NCBI GenBank assembly: GCA_038064855.1
Contig: JBBTSE010000005.1
Location: forward strand, 1 to 61,120
Source: Patescibacteria group bacterium
Lineage (GTDB): Bacteria > Patescibacteriota > Minisyncoccia > Ryanbacterales > GWA2-47-10b
DNA: 61,120 bases
Direction: 5' to 3'
This document shows, one piece after another, positions 27,600-36,355 of the stretch. The notes under the pieces are model-generated. The model was not told where the DNA came from, did no database searches, and saw nothing but the letters and a program-made list of their open reading frames with translations. The stretch's first letter is position 1. Each line of letters starts with the position of its first letter. The translations under genes and the position numbers were made by a program.

Positions 27600-27926
27600 A
27601 TGCTCAAGCGGCGCCTGCGACTCCGTTCGAGTCAAGATATTGAGGCTGTTATCGGGCGCGGGAGGCGCCACAGCACCACCCCACTCATGATCTGGGTTAT
27701 TCAAAAGCCCAAAGGCCCCTTTCGAGCGACAGTGCTCTGCTCGAAAAAAGTCGATAAGCGCGCTGTCGCTAGAAATAAGATAAAAAGGAGGATTCGTGAG
27801 GCGATACGCACGGTAGTATATACTCGTATGCCGACCATAGACCTTGTGGTAAGCGCAAAGTCGCCAGCAAAAGATCTTACCACAGGTGATTTTAGAGACC
27901 TCTTCTGCAATGTCTTTCATATTTAA
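27600..27926 (+). CDS. rnpA: RNase P protein component
   Basis: RLRSSQDIEAV...KKVDKRAVARNKIKRRIREA (RNR motif). Start set at MLKRRL (27600), just after the rpmH stop. Confidence 0.85.
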   Translation: MLKRRLRLRSSQDIEAVIGRGRRHSTTPLMIWVIQKPKGPFRATVLCSKKVDKRAVARNKIKRRIREAIRTVVYTRMPTIDLVVSAKSPAKDLTTGDFRDLFCNVFHI

Positions 27927-28623
27927 CAACTTTTTTTACCGCCCCCTCCTTAACATTTTGGGGGTTATCATAATGGTTGTCCCGGGGCATAGTTTAGGCG
28001 TCGCCGTGGTCGTCTTGACAGTATTGGTAAGTGTTGCATTACTACCACTCTCGATAAAAATGCGTCGTTCACAGCGTGTGATGCAGGAGATCCAACCTGA
28101 AATAGAGAAAATGCGTCAGCAGACCAAAGATAAGAACGAGCAGGCACGGCGTACTATGGAGCTTTACCGAGAAAAGAACATTAACCCTTTTTCTGGGTTT
28201 CTTTTTATTTTAGTTCAAATCCCCCTCTTTTTCGCTCTTTTCAAAGTACTCAAGAATCTTGGTAGTCTTGCTCATGATGCGTATGACTTCCTTCCTCTTT
28301 TTCCACCATTTAATCCACACTTTATCGGCGGTATTGATCTTACCAGCCCCCACATTGTTCTCGCGGTCTCGGCTGGTGTTTTCCAACTCATACAAGGTAT
28401 CCTCACTCTTAAAAGTCAGCCAAAAAATAAACAACCGACCAGTGAATTTGCGAGCGCCTTACAAAAACAAATGGTTTTTACTATGCCTCTTTTTATTGTA
28501 CTCATCAGTATGCAGTTGCCGTCAGCTATGGCACTGTATTGGACTACTTTGAGTCTCTTTGCTATAGTGCACGAAGGATTTGGGAGATTTTATGGAAGAG
28601 ATGCAAGTAACAACAACCAATAA
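27910..28623 (+). CDS. yidC: Membrane protein insertase YidC (short form)
   Basis: YidC/Oxa1 core: LPLSIKMRRSQRVMQEIQPEIEKMRQ, NPFSGFLFILVQIPLFFALF, LPSAMALYWTTLSLF. The start could be 27886 or 27910. Confidence 0.85.
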   Translation: MSFIFNNFFYRPLLNILGVIIMVVPGHSLGVAVVVLTVLVSVALLPLSIKMRRSQRVMQEIQPEIEKMRQQTKDKNEQARRTMELYREKNINPFSGFLFILVQIPLFFALFKVLKNLGSLAHDAYDFLPLFPPFNPHFIGGIDLTSPHIVLAVSAGVFQLIQGILTLKSQPKNKQPTSEFASALQKQMVFTMPLFIVLISMQLPSAMALYWTTLSLFAIVHEGFGRFYGRDASNNNQ

Positions 28624-29065
28624 CAAAGCAATTGAATGCGCCCGTGAGTTTTTGGCCGCGATGAATGTCAACGCACGCATAGAAGAAGGCGTGATTGGCG
28701 ATTCGGTGGCCTTACTCATCCATACAGATGACGCCGGTCTCTTGATTGGCGAAAACGGCGATAATCTCCAGGCTTTAAACTATATTCTTCGCCGCGTCAT
28801 CGAACGAAAAACCGGTACCCCTGAGGCGCAGCTCATGATCGATGTAAATGACTACCAGCGCCGTAGATTTGATGATTTACGAGATAAGGCGCGTATGGGC
28901 GCGCAACGCGTGCGATACTTTAAAAAAGAAGTGACACTCGAACCCATGACTGCCTTTGAGCGACGCATTGTACATATGGCGCTCCAAGAATATCCCGATA
29001 TTGCAACCGAATCAGAGGGCCAAGGGCTCACACGACGCGTTGTTATCAAACCCCTCGTTATCTAA
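28580..29065 (+). CDS. jag: Jag/KhpB-like RNA-binding protein (KH + R3H)
   Basis: KH-like GLLIGENGDNLQALNYIL and R3H FERRIVHMAL. The true start may be an internal Met (28592/28601), as it overlaps the yidC end. Confidence 0.8.
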   Translation: MGDFMEEMQVTTTNNKAIECAREFLAAMNVNARIEEGVIGDSVALLIHTDDAGLLIGENGDNLQALNYILRRVIERKTGTPEAQLMIDVNDYQRRRFDDLRDKARMGAQRVRYFKKEVTLEPMTAFERRIVHMALQEYPDIATESEGQGLTRRVVIKPLVI

Positions 29066-30315
29066 TTACTACCAGTACTCGTGGCGGTATCAGTAAGGCG
29101 GAGACTCCACAGCATGGAGTCTTTTTTGTTGATAAAGAAAAAATAATCTTCTTTTGGCGAGAGCATAGGTTGTGTCATATCAAATGCACCACCTTCCAAA
29201 AGAGATGAGGCATCTCCCGTATTGATATCAATTTTCCAAAGAGAGTCGTCAAAGCTGACTTTTCCTTTCCACCAACCGTCAGGTACCGGTTCGGCGCCAA
29301 GACTCCATGGGATCGCACAGTATACTGTCGAGGTCGCGCTCCCCGACCAGACGCATTTTTCAGGGAATGTTTTAAATGAGAGCTCTTTTCCTTGCTGTGG
29401 CGTACGCCTATCATGCAAGACGAGTGTCGGGCGCTTGCCGTCCCCCTTGACCTCTAGCGTAAGAAATTTATTACTACCCGTATCCCACAGCACATCGAGG
29501 CCATACACATCAGCAAGAATAGTTGATGCTCCCCCACCCGTAGTCGGTATAGTCTGAAGAATAGATGGAATAAAAGCAGTCGATCGTGTCTGGAGTGCTA
29601 AAAGTGTTTTTGATACCCACGAGAGTTCTGGGTTGGGCAAAGAGGTTTGGAATACGGTTTTCGGGGTTTTACCCTGCGGGGTTGTGATGACGACAGTGTA
29701 TAAAGAACCGTTTTTTATGATACCAGCGATTTTCTCTTCTGTAGGTGAGAATTTTGGCGACACGATTTTGTCGTCGAAAAGCCCACTCTCGATAGTCGAG
29801 GTGCCCGTGAGATGTATCCAAAATCGGCGTACCGTTATTTCATTGAGAGCGGTGACGAGTGTGTAGGCGCGCGACGGCGACCATGAAGCATCCATGATGT
29901 TGGGGATAGAAAAGTTTGTAAGACGCTCCTCTGGTTTCAAACCGTTAAACGATGAGGCAAAGATATGCCCCGTACCGCGTTTAAAATACAAAAGTTCGTC
30001 TTTGCGTATCGTTGCTCCTACTACCGGATCTTTTGATATTTGCACGAGACGCCCTATCTCATCTGCAGTAAGCGGAGGTGTAGTGGTGACTTGATCACCA
30101 CCTTCATTCTTTGGTGGAAATATAGCATCTCCACCGCCACCACTTCCCCCATCCGTACCTCCGGTATCAGGAAGGCCGCCACCATCCCCCCCTCCAGTAC
30201 CTCCCCCACCAAATGGTCCAATATCACTTCGTAGAATAAAATAAAAAATAATACCAACAAGGACAAGTAAGAGAAATCCGAGTGCGACGATATAGTTGCG
30301 GGTATTGTTATTCAT
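29062..30315 (-). CDS. Hypothetical membrane-anchored protein with Gly-rich linker and beta-rich domain
   Basis: N-terminal TM (IVALGFLLLVLVGIIFYFIL), GGGTGGGDGGGLPDTGGTDGGSGGGGD linker, then a WD/TolB-like-looking beta-rich region. Last gene of the cluster. Confidence 0.55.
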   Translation of the reverse strand: MNNNTRNYIVALGFLLLVLVGIIFYFILRSDIGPFGGGGTGGGDGGGLPDTGGTDGGSGGGGDAIFPPKNEGGDQVTTTPPLTADEIGRLVQISKDPVVGATIRKDELLYFKRGTGHIFASSFNGLKPEERLTNFSIPNIMDASWSPSRAYTLVTALNEITVRRFWIHLTGTSTIESGLFDDKIVSPKFSPTEEKIAGIIKNGSLYTVVITTPQGKTPKTVFQTSLPNPELSWVSKTLLALQTRSTAFIPSILQTIPTTGGGASTILADVYGLDVLWDTGSNKFLTLEVKGDGKRPTLVLHDRRTPQQGKELSFKTFPEKCVWSGSATSTVYCAIPWSLGAEPVPDGWWKGKVSFDDSLWKIDINTGDASSLLEGGAFDMTQPMLSPKEDYFFFINKKDSMLWSLRLTDTATSTGSN

Positions 30316-31012
30316 GAGAGCAGATTGTTGTGTTACCTGATGATTTTTGAGCCACTATACACGAGGATGTCTGTTGGTTGTTTTTTATGCATTGTTCAAG
30401 TTGTACTTGTGAGCAGGGAGTGCACTCTGCCCCACGCGGGCAGACAGTTCTTGCTATACGCACACAGTAATAGTCTCCTACGGGATTGATACGGCAGGCA
30501 TTTTCGGAAGGGCATTCGCCGTACATCGCATCGCCACACAACGGTTTTTGAGGTACAGATATCTTTGTGTCATTACTATCTCCACCAAACAAACCCAGAA
30601 GAAAACCTCCGGCATCGGGAGTAGGTCCTCCGCCAGGATCGGTACCATTTCGCCGTTCTATATCGATTTCAAGGGTAATAAGCTTTGGGTTGATGGTTTC
30701 CAAAAGAAGTACGGATCCGGCGGCAAGCAAGAGGCCTAGGATGGCGTTGGTCATCTTATCTTTACCATCTTTATTCCCCTCTCCCCCGTCGCTAAACATA
30801 TATTGGATAGCGCCGAGTGTGAACATGACGAGCGCGAGTATCGAGGCGACGGAGAGTAAGAAAGGAAAAAGATATTGAGCATAGTCGGTAAAGTTTTTTA
30901 CCGTCGGTTCTCCTCCAGGAAGAGGGGTTGCAAGCTTGTAGATGACTTCTTGAGCATACGCGAAGTCCACGCTCGATAGCATAAGTGCGGACATGATAAG
31001 GAATTTTTTCAT
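30308..31012 (-). CDS. T4SS pilin (VirB2/TrbC-like, CPR T4SS_pilin type) with Cys-rich C-terminal extension
   Basis: Signal peptide, then two hydrophobic helices (YLFPFLLSVASILALVMFTLGAIQYMF and AILGLLLAAGSVLLL) separated by a charged loop, as in T4SS_pilin. The C-terminal ~90 aa contain 12 Cys. Confidence 0.6.
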   Translation of the reverse strand: MKKFLIMSALMLSSVDFAYAQEVIYKLATPLPGGEPTVKNFTDYAQYLFPFLLSVASILALVMFTLGAIQYMFSDGGEGNKDGKDKMTNAILGLLLAAGSVLLLETINPKLITLEIDIERRNGTDPGGGPTPDAGGFLLGLFGGDSNDTKISVPQKPLCGDAMYGECPSENACRINPVGDYYCVRIARTVCPRGAECTPCSQVQLEQCIKNNQQTSSCIVAQKSSGNTTICSHE

Positions 31013-31013
31013 A

Positions 31014-32204
31014 TCAGTTTCCTACTTGTATGATAACCTGCGCCGATCCTCGCATAAAGACATTTTTTGGATTTTCATATGATACATTGACGGATTGTGT
31101 CCCGGTACTACCCTCTTCTGACGAAAGGCGGAATACGCGCGATTGAGGGTTTTGATTTGCCAATTTTTGACTATTGACGCGCCACGAGTAGAATAGACGA
31201 TCAAGATCTTGACTGTGAAGATTAAATGGTTCAAATTGCAAAACGATATCCTTGCCAGAAGGAGTTTTTATATTTTTGAGAGCTTGCCAGTACTTTAGTC
31301 CCAACAGAGGGTCGCGCTCATAAAAGATAAGCTCCGGTCGGTATGCCCGCATAGTAAAAGATTCTTCATGCACGATTCGTTCGCGGGCATCCTTACCACG
31401 CACCGTTATTTTATATTCAATATTTGCACTCGAACCAGTGGTGTAAGAAAAAGTATTCTTTCCTTTTCCATTCACGCCCGACGAGCTTGACCGCGGGGCG
31501 TCGTTGATGAGCCACTCGTAAATAATATCTTGCGATGAGAGTACGGTGGTACCAATGCGAAAGTCAGGTATAGCAAAAACTTTTATGGGCGTGCCAGGAG
31601 GCGGTAGTGTTTTACCTCGGTACCATGCTGGTGTGTGGGTGTCTGCGCCCCAGGTGATGTAAATGCGCGCTGGCCGTATTGTTTTTGATATCTCATATAT
31701 TTTGCCGGTGGAGGTTGTAATAACCACACGAATGCTCTCCGCGGTACCGAGGTCGCCCAGGGTGAAGCCGTACGATACATTGCCACTCCCAGAGCTGACG
31801 CGCTTGTTGTTGTGGTACCAAACGATGGCCGATTCCCCAAGGTTGAGAGAATAGGTATCTACAGAGATTCGTATCTGCGTACCAGGCTTAAGATCTTTAC
31901 GATTAAGGCGCAGTCCCAGCTTAACAATTTCTTGCCCGTTGACTGCCTTGATTGATTCCAAATTTTTTTCGATAGCTTCGGTTCGTTCTTTCTCAAATGC
32001 TTCCCGTTGTTCTCGAATTTCTTTATCTATACGGGCCCGTTCCTCTAGTACTTTCTGTAAAATTTCAGGGGGCAGTTCGGTGCCAGACGGAAAAAAGTCT
32101 TCCAAAGTAGAAGTGGAGAGTGTTTGGGCAAGCACACTTGTCCAAAGTGTCCCCAGAATCATCATACTACCTATGAGTGCGAGAATGCGTTTCATTGTAT
32201 ACAT
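31014..32204 (-). CDS. Hypothetical secreted protein
   Basis: Signal peptide MKRILALIGSMMILGTLWTSVLA, short coiled coil, beta-rich remainder. Confidence 0.55.
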   Translation of the reverse strand: MYTMKRILALIGSMMILGTLWTSVLAQTLSTSTLEDFFPSGTELPPEILQKVLEERARIDKEIREQREAFEKERTEAIEKNLESIKAVNGQEIVKLGLRLNRKDLKPGTQIRISVDTYSLNLGESAIVWYHNNKRVSSGSGNVSYGFTLGDLGTAESIRVVITTSTGKIYEISKTIRPARIYITWGADTHTPAWYRGKTLPPPGTPIKVFAIPDFRIGTTVLSSQDIIYEWLINDAPRSSSSGVNGKGKNTFSYTTGSSANIEYKITVRGKDARERIVHEESFTMRAYRPELIFYERDPLLGLKYWQALKNIKTPSGKDIVLQFEPFNLHSQDLDRLFYSWRVNSQKLANQNPQSRVFRLSSEEGSTGTQSVNVSYENPKNVFMRGSAQVIIQVGN

Positions 32205-32222
32205 CTAGTATATCAAAACTTG

Positions 32223-32777
32223 TTAGTCTCCATCCAATTCTTTTTGCAATGATTCTAATTGAGCCTTGGTCGATGTGTTGAGCGCGGCGAGATCCGCCTT
32301 TGCCTTGCGCGCACGCTTTTTGAGTAATCTAATAGTATGGATGACAGTCACGGTGGTACCGGGCAGGTTATTGACCAGAGGTAACCCATCAACAATGAAG
32401 CCGAGTACAAAAAGCCATGCGCGCATATTCATTTTTGCCCGTTGTTTGAGAAAGTATCCCTTGCCGAACATAAAGTAATAAAGGATCATACTCACGGCGT
32501 ACCCCGGCAATTGTCCTATGATAGGTATCTCCCCAAAGCCGAAAAGGAAGTCAAGACCAACATCGAGCAATCCATCCTTGAGAAATGCGAGAAAGAGCAG
32601 AATACTAATAGCGACAATATCATTGCCATCGCGGATTTGTTTTTCAAGTTTGGCAGCGATCTTTTTGGCGAGCTCTCTGACCTCTCTTTCAACAAATCGC
32701 ACTGCACTCCTACGAGAGACCGCTAGCGTCTCCTGGTAAGCCCATTCTTTTGCCTGTCCGGTTAGTGTTTCTGCCAT
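32223..32777 (-). CDS. Hypothetical polytopic membrane protein
   Basis: Three to four hydrophobic segments (IVAISILLFLAFL, LPGYAVSMILYYFMF, AWLFVLGFIV), C-terminal basic/coiled tail. Confidence 0.5.
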   Translation of the reverse strand: MAETLTGQAKEWAYQETLAVSRRSAVRFVEREVRELAKKIAAKLEKQIRDGNDIVAISILLFLAFLKDGLLDVGLDFLFGFGEIPIIGQLPGYAVSMILYYFMFGKGYFLKQRAKMNMRAWLFVLGFIVDGLPLVNNLPGTTVTVIHTIRLLKKRARKAKADLAALNTSTKAQLESLQKELDGD

Positions 32778-32780
32778 ATA

Positions 32781-34592
32781 CTATTTTTCATCTCCCACTT
32801 CGTCTTTTGCTTTCTGTATCGCCAAGAGTTCAGCTGGGTCCGATGTGATGATTTGATGTTCGGTATACGATGCTTGGATTTTGATAGCAATATGCTTGAG
32901 CCCCGCAAAGAATATCCCCTCGCCCACATCTGACTCAAGGAGTAAGAACTTTTCTTCTTCGGTCATATTAAATATTTCCTGTACGGCATTGATTGACGCA
33001 GGCGACTGTTTGAGAAGTATCTGAATTGATGAGTTAGTGATGATGGGCTTGCCGTAGGGGGACGACACAAAGTCAGCGACATCTTGGGTGATGGTCGCAA
33101 GGCCCAAATAGTATTTGCGTGCGCGCTTAGCAATACCGTAGAGAAATGATGCGCTATCAGGGTGCTTCATCATGATCCATGCTTCATCTACTACCAGTAG
33201 GCGCTTGCGGAGCGACCTACGCACCGCACTCCAGATGTGGTTGATGATGAGATACATGGCGATGGGGCGAAGCTCATCTTCCATATCGCGGATGGAAAAC
33301 ACCGCGAGACGCACATTGATGTTTACATTGCTTGGTTGGTTGATGAACCCTGACCAGGTGCCTTCGGTATATTTTTTGATACGCATCGCGAGCGACTCCC
33401 CTCCCTCCATACTTGCGAGTACCAACGCCAAGTCCGACAGTATGGGCGGCGTTGTCTGTGAAAAATCAGCGTCAACGGTGATGTCTTTGGTAGCATAGGT
33501 CTCAGTGATTGCGCGATCGATCACTGCGTCTTCCTGCGGCGAAAGACCGCCGAGCATGAGGCGGAAAAGACCTACCAAGCCAATAATATGTGAGCGAAGG
33601 ATATCTGCGGGCGACTCGTCTTCGCGCGGCACCGGAAGATCAAAGGGATTGATATGATGCTTTGAGGTAAGAGAAATATTAAAATAGCGTCCTCCCACGG
33701 CTTCGGCAAGATATTCATATTCTCGTTCGGGGTCAATGACAATAACATCAACATCAAACATGAGTGATCGTAAAATCTCGAGCTTTGTGGTGTATGATTT
33801 GCCCGAGCCAGATTTTGCAAACACAATTGAGTTATAATTTTCAAGACTAAACCGGTCAAAGAGTACCAGTGAGTTGTTGTGCCGATTGATACCAAAGAGA
33901 ATACCCTTGTTTGCTGTCAGGTCAAAAGAGGTAAACGGAAATGCCGATGATGCAGGCGAAGAATTGAAATAGTTGTGTACCACAAGCTCATCTTGGCAGT
34001 AGGGAAATACGGTCGTCATCCCCTCTCGCTGCTGAAAGAGCGCTGGCTTGGTGTAGACGAGGCGCGCCTCAAGCATTGATTTGATCTCCACTTCTTCACG
34101 GTTGAGATCTTCGAGTGTGTCAGCATATACCGTCAGATACAATCCAAAAAGAAAAAGCTTTTCTTGCGCTTGCGAGAGTTTATCACGCAAGTTTTCAAGA
34201 TCCTTGTACGCAGTATCGAGCATAGGATCGCGCACGAGGCCCTTTTCCTCGCGTTCTGATATTTGTGACTGAACCTCCGCCACTTTTTTGCGGAGCTTGC
34301 GCAATATGATACCGGTATCAACGGGATGAAAGAACATCGCGATATCAAAAATCTTGTCGAGGTTAATAACGCCCGCAAACCAATTGGTCGCCAAGTACCG
34401 CGGGTACGCAAAGACAAAGATGGTGCGTGCAAATTTTTCACCAAGGCGAATATAGCTCGAACTCACCTCAAAGGCAGATGGCGCGATGACATCTTTGAGT
34501 CCTAAGATTCCCGATTGGTAGATTTCTTGCGGTACTACCGGCAAGATATCCAACCCTTCTTGTTTTCCACCAAAAATATTAAGAATTGCCAT
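32781..34592 (-). CDS. VirB4/TrbE-like T4SS ATPase
   Basis: Walker A FAKSGSGKSYTTK, Walker B LLVVDEAW, Gram-positive-type VirB4 N-terminal region (RTIFVFAYPRYLATNWF). Confidence 0.85.
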   Translation of the reverse strand: MAILNIFGGKQEGLDILPVVPQEIYQSGILGLKDVIAPSAFEVSSSYIRLGEKFARTIFVFAYPRYLATNWFAGVINLDKIFDIAMFFHPVDTGIILRKLRKKVAEVQSQISEREEKGLVRDPMLDTAYKDLENLRDKLSQAQEKLFLFGLYLTVYADTLEDLNREEVEIKSMLEARLVYTKPALFQQREGMTTVFPYCQDELVVHNYFNSSPASSAFPFTSFDLTANKGILFGINRHNNSLVLFDRFSLENYNSIVFAKSGSGKSYTTKLEILRSLMFDVDVIVIDPEREYEYLAEAVGGRYFNISLTSKHHINPFDLPVPREDESPADILRSHIIGLVGLFRLMLGGLSPQEDAVIDRAITETYATKDITVDADFSQTTPPILSDLALVLASMEGGESLAMRIKKYTEGTWSGFINQPSNVNINVRLAVFSIRDMEDELRPIAMYLIINHIWSAVRRSLRKRLLVVDEAWIMMKHPDSASFLYGIAKRARKYYLGLATITQDVADFVSSPYGKPIITNSSIQILLKQSPASINAVQEIFNMTEEEKFLLLESDVGEGIFFAGLKHIAIKIQASYTEHQIITSDPAELLAIQKAKDEVGDEK

Positions 34593-34595
34593 ACT

Positions 34596-35294
34596 TTATT
34601 TTTTTTCCGGCATACCACCTATCTGAGGCGCCTTTCCTTTCTCGGTTTCCTCAGGATTATAAAGGCCATAGTAGAGTTCGATGAGTTCTTCAGTATTGAG
34701 AGGTACGGCACGCACGCCCGCGCGGACGAGCCCTTGGGTGACCGTATCAACGCGCTGCCAAAGCTGTGTGCGATATTCAGCAAAGTTTTCTTCAGCAATG
34801 AGTGGCTTCCCCTCTTCTTTTTTCTTAAACATATTTTTGATCGAGTCCATCATACCCTTTTTATTTTTGAGTGCGAGTGAGGTCGGGTTAAATGGTATGA
34901 CAACATAAAATGCTTTGGAGACGATATTACTTGTCTCGACAAACTCTTTGACGAAGATGATGTATTCAGTGATCTGGATACGCAAGAGTTCTTGGGTTTC
35001 TGCTTTCTTGCGTTCGCGTAGCGTCTCCAAATAGGGCTCGATATTGAGTTTGCGTGACTGAATCATGATTTGTATGGAGAAATCGAGCGAATTGAGAAAG
35101 TTTTGGTATTGTGAGATGATCGCGTCTTGTTCGTCGGGCGATTTCAGGGCGAAGTTGAGAGATGAGGCCATGAGCACCGCGCGCAAGGATCCGTCATGCA
35201 TGACAACCACGCCATCGCGTATTTCTTCGATTGGTACGATATCTTGCGATGCTTTGGCGTGACGCGCGAGTTGTGATTGGGCGGCTGGGGGCAT
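34596..35294 (-). CDS. Hypothetical T4SS-associated protein (resembles a VirB4 N-terminal domain)
   Basis: IVPIEEIRDGVVVMHDGSLRAVLMASSLNFALKSPDEQDAIISQYQNFLNSL resembles the start of Gram-positive VirB4 proteins, but no NTPase motifs follow. Confidence 0.4.
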   Translation of the reverse strand: MPPAAQSQLARHAKASQDIVPIEEIRDGVVVMHDGSLRAVLMASSLNFALKSPDEQDAIISQYQNFLNSLDFSIQIMIQSRKLNIEPYLETLRERKKAETQELLRIQITEYIIFVKEFVETSNIVSKAFYVVIPFNPTSLALKNKKGMMDSIKNMFKKKEEGKPLIAEENFAEYRTQLWQRVDTVTQGLVRAGVRAVPLNTEELIELYYGLYNPEETEKGKAPQIGGMPEKK

Positions 35295-35296
35295 AG

Positions 35297-35710
35297 TTAA
35301 TTGTCTCGTTTGAGTTTTTCGTTAATATCCAGCGACCACGAAAGATTTTTAAGGCGACTCTCGGTGAGGCGTGGTACATGTGGCGTTGTTTGAGTCATGA
35401 CGGGTTGAGTTGCTTTTATTCTTTTGTCTTCACGCTTCCATATATAGAGACGAGTACTCATGACATGGTTGATGGCATTGTTGAGTACCGCGACAAAGGG
35501 TTGCCCGTTAATCTTAGCAAAGGCGAGCGAAAGGAAAAGACTGATCCAACCAAGTGTGAGTGGCCAAAAGATAATACTAGGGAGACCAAGCCCAAAAAAT
35601 AAGAGCGCTCCACCACCAGCGGCAAGTATATAGAGAAATTGTTTTGCCGAGAGCGGACCGATTATCTTATCTTCGATCTCAATATATTGGGGTACTTGAA
35701 ATTGTTGCAT
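35297..35710 (-). CDS. PrgI-family / VirB3-like membrane protein
   Basis: QVPQYIEIEDKIIGPLSAKQFLYIL followed by two TM helices. Position directly upstream of the VirB4 module. Confidence 0.65.
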   Translation of the reverse strand: MQQFQVPQYIEIEDKIIGPLSAKQFLYILAAGGGALLFFGLGLPSIIFWPLTLGWISLFLSLAFAKINGQPFVAVLNNAINHVMSTRLYIWKREDKRIKATQPVMTQTTPHVPRLTESRLKNLSWSLDINEKLKRDN

Positions 35711-35713
35711 AGT

Positions 35714-36352
35714 CTATAGTATTGGTTCGCGGTACACATCGCCCGCCTTAGGAATATCGGTCGTCGACGATTTTTTTGTGTCTTTTGCTATTTCGCGAAA
35801 TTCGGGGGCTTTCGGTGCGATGCTCGGCTGGTTTTGTGTCATGGCGGTGGGACTCGACTGCTCTTCGTGCAGTTTTTGAGGAAAAATCATTGGGGCTACC
35901 GACGGTTGACCTTTTGATGATTTTTGCTCACTTCCCTGCATAGGCATAGCAAATGATGAGGGGCGAAATGCTGGCGACGGGTCCGCATCAAATGCTCGCG
36001 GAGTAGCTACCACTTTCTCTGCCGGCTTTGGCTCTTTTACCGCTGAGAAAATATGATCTTGGATAGGCAGAAATACTGCCTGATTGAGGTCGGTGACAAT
36101 CTCTCCTGCCTTTTGCGCTGATACTCCACATGTTTGCATTACATATTCAGGAAATTCTTTTGCGGGGATAAGCCCAAGCATTACATATCCGACCTCTTCG
36201 GCAAGATTGCCCATGCGGTCGAGCAAGAGGCCATGTTTTTTGCCGACTGCCTGTATTTTATCTGCTGTCGCTTCTTCAAAAATCGCATCTTTAACAGGAT
36301 CAGGGAGCCGATCGTACGCGTCGATTATTTGTTGTTGGGTAAATGTTTTCAT
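35714..36352 (-). CDS. Hypothetical protein (helical N-domain, Pro/Ser-rich tail)
   Basis: Intact ORF within the cluster. No family recognised. Confidence 0.45.
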   Translation of the reverse strand: MKTFTQQQIIDAYDRLPDPVKDAIFEEATADKIQAVGKKHGLLLDRMGNLAEEVGYVMLGLIPAKEFPEYVMQTCGVSAQKAGEIVTDLNQAVFLPIQDHIFSAVKEPKPAEKVVATPRAFDADPSPAFRPSSFAMPMQGSEQKSSKGQPSVAPMIFPQKLHEEQSSPTAMTQNQPSIAPKAPEFREIAKDTKKSSTTDIPKAGDVYREPIL

Positions 36353-36355
36353 AGA

